Shown here piece after piece: positions 25,418 through 32,000 of a stretch of DNA of 32,000 nucleotides. The DNA comes from Crocosphaera subtropica ATCC 51142 (GTDB taxonomy: Bacteria > Cyanobacteriota > Cyanobacteriia > Cyanobacteriales > Microcystaceae), in contig NC_010546.1 of NCBI RefSeq assembly GCF_000017845.1, positions 4,170,001 through 4,202,000 of the forward strand, in the 5' to 3' direction. The notes beneath the pieces were generated by a model. That model did not search any database and was not told where the DNA came from. It worked only from the letters and a program-made list of their open reading frames with translations. The translations under genes were made by a program, and so were the position numbers. The first letter of the stretch is position 1; the number at the start of each line of letters is the position of its first letter.

Positions 25418-26827
25418 ATGAACTCGGTTGACTTAGCCTTTACCCCAGCCTTGGATTTAGCCCAATTAATCAGCGATCGCACTATTTCGCCCCTAGAATT
25501 AACGCAACTCTATCTAGAGCGAATCGAAAGATATAATCCTCAATTGGGTAGTTTTTTTTTCATAGCTGCTGAAACAGCGATTCAAGAAGCCAAAGAAAAA
25601 ACAGAACAATTAATTCATTCATCAAATTCTAATGGGCTGCCTCCTTTTTTTGGGGTTCCCACCGCTATTAAAGACCTTAACGCAGTGGCAAAAATGCCTA
25701 TCAGTTATGGTGTGGCTGCTCTTAAAGAGAATATTGCCAGCTATGATGACGGGGTAACTCTGCGAATGAAAGAGGCAGGATTTATCATTTTAGGTAAAAC
25801 GGCTACTTCTCAACTGGGATCATTTCCCTTTACAGAACCCCCAGGGTTTCCTCCTGCCCGTAATCCTTGGCATTTAGATTATACTCCAGGGGGATCGAGT
25901 GGAGGATCAGCAGCGGCCGTAGCAGCCGGTTTGTGTGCTATTGCCCAAGGTTCTGATGGTGGGGGGTCAGTTCGAGGTCCGGCTGCCTGTTGTGGGTTGG
26001 TGGGCATCAAACCGGCAAGAGGAAGGGTTTCTCATGCGCCGGTGGGAGATTATCAAAGTGGCATTTCTACTAATGGACCTTTAGCCCGAACAGTGGCTGA
26101 TGCAGCAGCTTTATTAGATGTTATGTCAGGTTATATCACCGGTGATCCTTATTGGTTGCCCTCTCCTGATATTTCTTTTTCAGAAGCAACAAAACAGATG
26201 TCTCCCCCGTTAAAAATTGCTTTTTGTGACCATATTCCTCCCTTTACTCACAGTGAAACCATTGTCAAAGAAACAATACAAAAAACGGTTCACTTATTAG
26301 AGTCATTTGGTCATAGTTTAGAAATGAAATGTCCATCAGTAGAGACATTAATTGAACCTTTTACCCTCATTTGGCAGTCCGCAATCAGTGCATCAGGATT
26401 ACCCTCTACGGTATTGAGTCCCCTTAATGGTTGGTTTAAAGAACAAGAAATAACCGCAGGAGAATATTTACGAGCCGTTCATCAACTACAGATTGGTTCC
26501 CGTCATTTAGTGGCATTTTTCGATAACTATGATGTTTTACTGTTACCGGTTTATTTACATCAACCCATAAAAGTAGGGCAATGGAAAGATTTATCACCCC
26601 AAGAAACCTTAGAGAAAATCATCAATTGGATTGCCCCTTGTCCTGCGTTTAATGCCAGTGGTTTACCTGCGATAACGTTACCGATGGCACAGGATGAAAA
26701 AGGTTTACCCATAGGAATTCAATTAGTAGGAAAACCAGCCGATGAGTTGACTTTAATTCGTTTAGCAGCCCAGTTAGAAAAAGGGAATAATTTATCCTTG
26801 TCTATTCCATCTTCAGTTAAAGATTAG
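25418..26827 (+). CDS. Amidase-signature family amidase
   Basis: The amidase signature [42 protein letters not shown] is present, with the catalytic Lys in AIKDL. I prefer the ATG at 25418 over the TTG at 25367. Confidence 0.85.
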   Translation: MNSVDLAFTPALDLAQLISDRTISPLELTQLYLERIERYNPQLGSFFFIAAETAIQEAKEKTEQLIHSSNSNGLPPFFGVPTAIKDLNAVAKMPISYGVAALKENIASYDDGVTLRMKEAGFIILGKTATSQLGSFPFTEPPGFPPARNPWHLDYTPGGSSGGSAAAVAAGLCAIAQGSDGGGSVRGPAACCGLVGIKPARGRVSHAPVGDYQSGISTNGPLARTVADAAALLDVMSGYITGDPYWLPSPDISFSEATKQMSPPLKIAFCDHIPPFTHSETIVKETIQKTVHLLESFGHSLEMKCPSVETLIEPFTLIWQSAISASGLPSTVLSPLNGWFKEQEITAGEYLRAVHQLQIGSRHLVAFFDNYDVLLLPVYLHQPIKVGQWKDLSPQETLEKIINWIAPCPAFNASGLPAITLPMAQDEKGLPIGIQLVGKPADELTLIRLAAQLEKGNNLSLSIPSSVKD

Positions 26828-26829
26828 AC

Positions 26830-29454
26830 TTATAGAGTCAATTGTTTAAGGTCTAAATTGTTCTCAAAAATTTCATCAATGGGTAACATTTTACCTTCCA
26901 TTGTCATAAATTTATGGTCTTTGGTAGCTCGAATGGTTGCTCCATCTTCGAGATAGTATTCAAAGATTTCTTGTTCTCCTCGATAATGCCATTGGGCGAT
27001 CGCTTGAGTATAAACAAAACCATTTGGATCAACGGTATAAACCGTACAATTGATGTTTTCTTCGACTATTTTACCAATAGGCATCGGTCCATATTCAACG
27101 GTTAAAATTTCCGTATCATAGCTTAAACAATATTCAGCAAATTTGATCATCTGCTCAAATAAATCTTCTGCAATGGCTTGAGACACGCCATTTTTAGTTG
27201 CCCCATCGATAAAAATCTCTCGGTGTTTCGTCATTTCTGCAATTTTTTTCTTACCCATCGCACGACGCAATAAGTCAGCTTCTCCTAACGAATAGCCAGC
27301 TAAATCTTGCGCCATTTTCATGATTTGTTCTTGATATACTAACACCGCATAGGTTTCTTTTAAAATGGGTTCTAATAGTTTATGTTGATAAATAATCTCC
27401 TCTCGTCCATGTTTTCGATTGATAAATTTGGGAATTAATCCTGCATCTAATGGTCCGGGACGATAGAGGGCTAAAATAGAAGAAATATCTTCTATTCCTG
27501 ACGGTTTTAAGTCTTTTACAATCTGTTTCATTCCCGATGATTCTAACTGAAAGATCCCTTCTAAATCTCCTTTTTCTAACAATTTGTGAGTCTTTTCTAC
27601 ATCGGGAGGTAATTTTTTTGCTGTTCCTTTAGCAATAATTTCTAGAGCTTTTCTTTCATCTAAAGGTAATTGATCTAAGTCTAATGTTACCCCTTGGTTT
27701 TGTTTAATTAAATCAGCCGTTCTTTGAATCGTAGTTAAATTTCTTAACCCCAAAAAGTCCATTTTTAATAATCCCAAGGACTCTAAATCTTCCATATAAT
27801 ATTGGGTGATCACTGCCCCATCATTATTCTTTTGTAAAGGAACAACTTGATCTAAAGGTTCAGAAGAAATAACCACACCGGCAGCATGAACCCCAAAAGT
27901 TTTATTCGTTCCTTCGATCCGAATAGCCATGTCAACCCAACGACGAACTAAAGGATCATTTTCATACCTTTCTTTAAATTCTGGGGTTGGGGTTTCATCA
28001 GAAACCATAACTTTTAATTTCGTGGGTTTTCCCCTTGAAACTGGGATCATTTTTGTCATTTTATCTGATTCAGCATAGGGAATATCTAACACCCTCGCCA
28101 CATCTTTTAACACTGCTTTTGATGTCATGCGGTTAAAGGTAATAATCTGAGCAACATTTGCTTCCCCGTACTTTCTAGTGACATATTTAATCATTTCGTC
28201 CCGTCTTTCGATACAAAAATCTGTATCAACATCAGGCATAGATTTCCTTTCAGGATTTAGAAATCGCTCAAATAATAGACCATGATGAACGGGATCAATG
28301 TTGGTTATTTTTAAACAATAAGCGACCAAAGAACCGGCCGCCGAACCCCTACCCGGACCCACAGGAATATGGTTATCTCTGGCATATTTAATATAGTCCC
28401 ACACCACTAAGAAATAGGTTGAAAAACCCATCTGTTGCAACATTTTTAATTCATATTCTAACCGTTCCCGATATTCATCAGGAATTTCACTACGAGAGCG
28501 ACACTTTAACCTTTCTAATAATCCTTGCCAAGCAATTTCTTCTACATAACTATCAGGGTTATGTCCAGCAGGAACGGGATAATTAGGAATCCTTGGTTCT
28601 CCCAAAATATCTTTATAAGGTTCAATTTTTTCTGCTACTTCTAATGTGTTATTAACAGCTTCTTCGATGACATCATCAGAGAGATGATCACGAAATAGTA
28701 ACCGCATTTCATCAGCAGATTTCAAATATTCTGTGCCACTATATCTCAGGCGTTTTTCATCAGTAATTAATTTACCCGTTTGAATACATAATAATGCGTC
28801 ATGTGCTTCAACATCGTAACAAGAAATAAAATGGGAGTCATTGGTTGCCACAATTTTAATGTCTAAGTCACGGGCAATTTTAGCAATAGCAACATTAACA
28901 ATTCTATCCTCAACAGAACCGTGATCTTGAATTTCTAAATAAAAGTCCTCTTTAAATAGTTTTTTGTACCATTTAGCAACAGCTTTTGCTTCTTTTATAT
29001 CTCCTGCTAAAATTCGCTGAGGTATTTCTCCCCCTAAACAAGCACTGGTAACAATTAACCCTTCATGATATTGCTCTAATAGTTCTTTATTGATACAAGG
29101 ACGTGCAAAAATACCTTTTCCTTGCATTCCTTTGAGATGGGAAATGGTGGTTAATTTAACTAAATTTTTATAACCTTGGGTATTTTTAGCTAAGACAACT
29201 TGATGATATTTTTTATACTTTTTCTTCTCTTCAATATCCCCATTAATCACATACATTTCGTTACCAATAATGGGTTTTACGCCTTTATTCCGACACACTT
29301 TAATGAGTTCGATCGCCCCATACATTACACCATGATCCGTTAAGGCGATCGCTGGCATTTCTAATTCTACGGCACGATCAATTAACGCATTTAATTGGGA
29401 TGCACCATCGAGTAAACTATAATCACTGTGTATATGTAAACCAACGAAGGACAT
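26830..29454 (-). CDS. dnaE: DNA polymerase III alpha subunit, N-terminal split fragment (DnaE-N) ending in a split-intein N-fragment
   Basis: The PHP domain ([17 protein letters not shown]) and polymerase palm blocks ([21 protein letters not shown]) are present. The extein ends ...KFAEY and is followed by [14 protein letters not shown]... Confidence 0.95.
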   Translation of the reverse strand: MSFVGLHIHSDYSLLDGASQLNALIDRAVELEMPAIALTDHGVMYGAIELIKVCRNKGVKPIIGNEMYVINGDIEEKKKYKKYHQVVLAKNTQGYKNLVKLTTISHLKGMQGKGIFARPCINKELLEQYHEGLIVTSACLGGEIPQRILAGDIKEAKAVAKWYKKLFKEDFYLEIQDHGSVEDRIVNVAIAKIARDLDIKIVATNDSHFISCYDVEAHDALLCIQTGKLITDEKRLRYSGTEYLKSADEMRLLFRDHLSDDVIEEAVNNTLEVAEKIEPYKDILGEPRIPNYPVPAGHNPDSYVEEIAWQGLLERLKCRSRSEIPDEYRERLEYELKMLQQMGFSTYFLVVWDYIKYARDNHIPVGPGRGSAAGSLVAYCLKITNIDPVHHGLLFERFLNPERKSMPDVDTDFCIERRDEMIKYVTRKYGEANVAQIITFNRMTSKAVLKDVARVLDIPYAESDKMTKMIPVSRGKPTKLKVMVSDETPTPEFKERYENDPLVRRWVDMAIRIEGTNKTFGVHAAGVVISSEPLDQVVPLQKNNDGAVITQYYMEDLESLGLLKMDFLGLRNLTTIQRTADLIKQNQGVTLDLDQLPLDERKALEIIAKGTAKKLPPDVEKTHKLLEKGDLEGIFQLESSGMKQIVKDLKPSGIEDISSILALYRPGPLDAGLIPKFINRKHGREEIIYQHKLLEPILKETYAVLVYQEQIMKMAQDLAGYSLGEADLLRRAMGKKKIAEMTKHREIFIDGATKNGVSQAIAEDLFEQMIKFAEYCLSYDTEILTVEYGPMPIGKIVEENINCTVYTVDPNGFVYTQAIAQWHYRGEQEIFEYYLEDGATIRATKDHKFMTMEGKMLPIDEIFENNLDLKQLTL
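26833..27129 (-). other. DnaE split intein, N-terminal fragment (IntN, 99 aa)
   Basis: The sequence is [99 protein letters not shown]. It closely resembles the Npu/Ssp DnaE IntN, with Cys1 and block B TKDH. The Cys1 codon lies at 27127-27129. Confidence 0.9.
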
Positions 29455-29641
29455 AATAGAATATTGTTAGATTAATTGTGAACAATAATGACTTAATCGG
29501 GATTTATATTATAGCGTTGACCGATCAATTGTGACTATTTTAGCCAAAACATATCTTGAAACTATTGTTGATCTTTAAGATCGCTCTAATCTTTTAGTAG
29601 AGACATTAAATTTAACGCCTCTACATATTCTACTAAAAAAA

Positions 29642-30088
29642 TCATCCAACTTCTAATAAACTGTCTGAGGTTTTTTGACGGTTAGGTTTAGATTTCATCC
29701 ATTGCCAAGAAACCAGGTTTAATAGTAATCCAATCACAAAAAGAATCACCATTAAAAGAATTTGATACCAAGCAATAGGCGTAACAAACAAATCAGCCGT
29801 AATATGACTCAAATTTAATACAGAATAAACGATACTCAGCCAAAAATGTCCCACTCTAAACTGTTTAGACTGGGTAAATAAGGTCCCAATCATGGCAAAC
29901 ATAGGAATAATAAAAAAGAGTAACATTAGCCATAAAATCCCACTAATATCACTGGTATCATGGGAATGAGCTATTTCTTGTCCATGAAAAAGAGGCATTA
30001 ACCCTAGTTGCGTATGAAATAGGAGTCCTAAAAGAAAAGTTGCCCACAGGGTAATAATTTGAGTTTGATAATCAACTTTGGTATTCAT
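29642..30088 (-). CDS. Hypothetical integral membrane protein (4 predicted transmembrane segments)
   Basis: A 148-aa protein with four long hydrophobic stretches. No family was recognised. Confidence 0.55.
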   Translation of the reverse strand: MNTKVDYQTQIITLWATFLLGLLFHTQLGLMPLFHGQEIAHSHDTSDISGILWLMLLFFIIPMFAMIGTLFTQSKQFRVGHFWLSIVYSVLNLSHITADLFVTPIAWYQILLMVILFVIGLLLNLVSWQWMKSKPNRQKTSDSLLEVG

Positions 30089-30264
30089 AAGCTTATCCCT
30101 CCTGTTCCCATTTTAAACATTAGATTCAGAGGCGGTTCGCTTTTGTAACAGTTTGATAAATTATGGCTCAAATAAGCCCATCAAAATTGTAATTTGAGGA
30201 AGCAGGAAAGGAAAATTCAAGAAATCTTCTTTATTTCTTCTGGTGAAAGATGTTCGTAAAGCTG

Positions 30265-30296
30265 TCAAAAAACCCTTCTCAGTCACGAGAAGGGTT
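30265..30296 (-). terminator. Rho-independent terminator of hslO
   Basis: The minus strand reads AACCCTTCTC-GTGACT-GAGAAGGGTT followed by TTTT. This is a perfect 10-bp stem (30271-30280 with 30287-30296) and a 6-nt loop, lying 30 nt after the hslO stop. Confidence 0.65.
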
Positions 30297-30326
30297 AACT
30301 ATTTTGATCAAAAAAATCAACTGAAA

Positions 30327-31226
30327 CTAAACTGATTCTGTCCGTAAATCTTCAATTAATTGTGCTAATTGATCGCTATTGGCCTGGTAAACTTCTCCAC
30401 AAAATTCGCAAGTTGCTTCGGCACCATCATCCTTTTCAATCATATCTTGTAACTCCGCTTCTCCTAACAGTTTTAAAGCTCCTAAAACCCGACTAAAAGA
30501 ACAACGGCAATCAAATCGTAACATTTGAACTTCAGGGAAAATAACTAACCCTAAATCTCCTAATAATTCCTCTAAAATATCGGGTAAAGTTTTCCCTGCC
30601 CGTAATAAAGGGGTAAACCCTGAAAGCTTACCAAGACGAGATTCTAAGGTGGCTACTAACTTCTCATCTCTGGCTGCCTTGGGCATCACTTGCAAGAGTA
30701 AGCCCCCTGCTGCTGTAACCCCTTGCGCCCCCACAAATACCCCTAATAACAACGCTGAGGGAGTTTGTTCAGAGGTGACTAAATAATGGGTCACGTCGTC
30801 CCCAATTTCCCCTGATACCAACTCTACGGTACTCGAATAGGGATAACCATACCCTATATCTCGCACCACATAAAGAAATCCTTCCGAACCAACAGCACCC
30901 CCGACATCTAACTTACCGACGGGGTTGGGAGGTAATTCGATACTAGGATTAGCTACATAACCCCTGACGGTTCCGTCTAACCCTGCATCTACTAATAACC
31001 CTCCTAACGGACCATTTCCTTTAATACGAATGTTGACACGGGACCCTTCTCGTTTCATGCTAGAAGCCAGTAATAGACCGGCTGACATGGTGCGTCCTAA
31101 AGCTGCAGTAGCGACATAAGAAAGTTGATGTCTTTGTCTTGCTTCTTCTGTGAGTCGGGTAGAAATGAGACTAACCGCCCGAATACCCCCATCGGCTGCT
31201 GTTGCGCGTATAAGTTGATCCGCCAT
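30327..31226 (-). CDS. hslO: Hsp33 redox-regulated chaperone
   Basis: Shows MADQLIRATAADGGIRAV..., LLQVMP and the C-terminal zinc/redox switch CRCS...CEFCG. I prefer the ATG at 31226 over the track start at 31286. Confidence 0.9.
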   Translation of the reverse strand: MADQLIRATAADGGIRAVSLISTRLTEEARQRHQLSYVATAALGRTMSAGLLLASSMKREGSRVNIRIKGNGPLGGLLVDAGLDGTVRGYVANPSIELPPNPVGKLDVGGAVGSEGFLYVVRDIGYGYPYSSTVELVSGEIGDDVTHYLVTSEQTPSALLLGVFVGAQGVTAAGGLLLQVMPKAARDEKLVATLESRLGKLSGFTPLLRAGKTLPDILEELLGDLGLVIFPEVQMLRFDCRCSFSRVLGALKLLGEAELQDMIEKDDGAEATCEFCGEVYQANSDQLAQLIEDLRTESV

Positions 31227-31309
31227 GAAAACCCTTACATTTCTTGATATATTTTTTCTTATCTTAATCAAACTGTACAATATCAAACAAACGGTTCTAG
31301 TGTATTAAC

Positions 31310-32000
31310 GTGGCCAAAGTTACTTTACAAGATATCAACAAAAGTTTTCCTCAACGGGGGGGAAAATCAAAGGGGGATCGGGTCAAAGTATTGCATCATA
31401 TTGACCTAGAAATTAAGGACGGGGAATTTATGGTGTTGGTGGGTCCGTCAGGTTGCGGAAAAAGTACCCTTTTACGAATGATTGCCGGACTGGAAACAGC
31501 TACATCCGGCAACATCTGGGTAGGGGAAGAAAATGTTACCCAGTTGCCCCCGAAACAGCGAGACATTGCTATGGTGTTTCAAAATTATGCCCTTTATCCC
31601 CATCTCAATGTTTACGATAATATTGCCTTTGGTTTACGTCGCATGACACAAGGGGTAAAAGAGGAAAATAAGTCTGCTTTGCCTGGGAAACTCGAAAAAG
31701 GTTTAACGGGTTTAACCAGGGCATTTCCTAAGGAATTTCGTTACCATTCCGCAACAGAAACAAGTATTAAGCAAAAAGTTCAACAAGTTGCCCAATTATT
31801 ACAATTAGAATCTTTATTAAATCGCTTACCCAAAGATTTATCAGGGGGACAAAAACAACGGGTTGCTTTGGGACGGGCGATCGCTAGAAATCCTCAAGTT
31901 TTTTTGATGGATGAACCCATGTCTAATTTAGATGCAACTTTACGGGCTGAAACTCGTTCTCAAATTGTTCAATTACAGCGAAAACTAGGAATTACAACGA
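31310..32000 (+). CDS. MalK/UgpC-type sugar ABC transporter ATP-binding protein (5' part, runs off the window)
   Basis: A GTG start at 31310 is followed by Walker A GPSGCGKST, the Q-loop MVFQNYALYPH, signature LSGGQKQRVALGRA and Walker B VFLMDEPMSNLD. It is not in the ORF track, which has no stop for it in the window. Confidence 0.85.
   Translation, partial: MAKVTLQDINKSFPQRGGKSKGDRVKVLHHIDLEIKDGEFMVLVGPSGCGKSTLLRMIAGLETATSGNIWVGEENVTQLPPKQRDIAMVFQNYALYPHLNVYDNIAFGLRRMTQGVKEENKSALPGKLEKGLTGLTRAFPKEFRYHSATETSIKQKVQQVAQLLQLESLLNRLPKDLSGGQKQRVALGRAIARNPQVFLMDEPMSNLDATLRAETRSQIVQLQRKLGITT

Noticed and set aside
19578-27105. Small ORFs at 19578-19802 (+), 21437-21643 (-), 23243-23503 (-), 23855-24052 (-) and 26914-27105 (+). 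The ORF at 7021-7239 (+) falls in the same class.
   Set aside because: Each is nested in, or antisense to, a better-supported CDS (the OMP-like gene, the ABC ATPase and hypothetical gene, ycf39, the intein region, trkA) and lacks any motif.
1-32000. A search by eye for tRNA or rRNA genes, CRISPR repeat arrays, long tandem repeats, and transposase, integrase or phage structural genes.
   Set aside because: I found no tRNA-like T-arm or acceptor pattern, no regularly spaced repeats and no recognisable transposase or integrase motif in any listed ORF. This absence rests on visual inspection only. tRNAscan-SE, Infernal and CRISPR finders should confirm it.

Overview
This is an AT-rich cyanobacterial chromosomal segment. 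The assignment rests on at least 18 exact HIP1 palindromes (GCGATCGC) read by eye, a split-intein dnaE-N gene and a ycf39 homologue. I support about 30 protein-coding genes. I recognised no rRNA, tRNA, CRISPR array, transposase or integrase.

Most genes are housekeeping:
- Membrane and transport: NDH-2, a Na+/H+ antiporter, a TrkA-like protein, two ABC transporter components and a partial MalK-type ATPase.
- Core functions: rnz, tsaE, ygfZ, ycf39, nadK, an amidase, dnaE-N and hslO.

Four accessory or unusual parts stand out:
1. Bases 1-3573 hold a Dlt-like module: a phosphopantetheine carrier protein and an MBOAT acyltransferase, with the MBOAT gene translationally coupled to an NDH-2 flavoprotein gene.
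2. Bases 5.3-7.9 kb hold a cluster of Uma2 (DUF820) nuclease-fold genes, a DUF29 gene and a truncated Uma2 remnant.
3. Bases 7.9-16.8 kb are the most interesting region. They contain a very AT-rich, HIP1-free Ser/Thr kinase fused to a roughly 330-aa domain I cannot assign, and two divergent full-length GmrSD-type (DUF262-DUF1524) type IV restriction paralogues. These are interleaved with comM/yifB and pmbA. The kinase, comM and both GmrSD genes each carry the same 10-mer (TGGGAATACT, one copy TGGGAATCCT) in sense orientation 17-40 nt upstream of the start codon. This suggests a co-regulated candidate defence islet.
4. A yefM-yoeB toxin-antitoxin pair whose toxin appears to have lost its canonical C-terminal catalytic tail.

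All family calls rest on motifs I recognise in the supplied translations. No database search was run.
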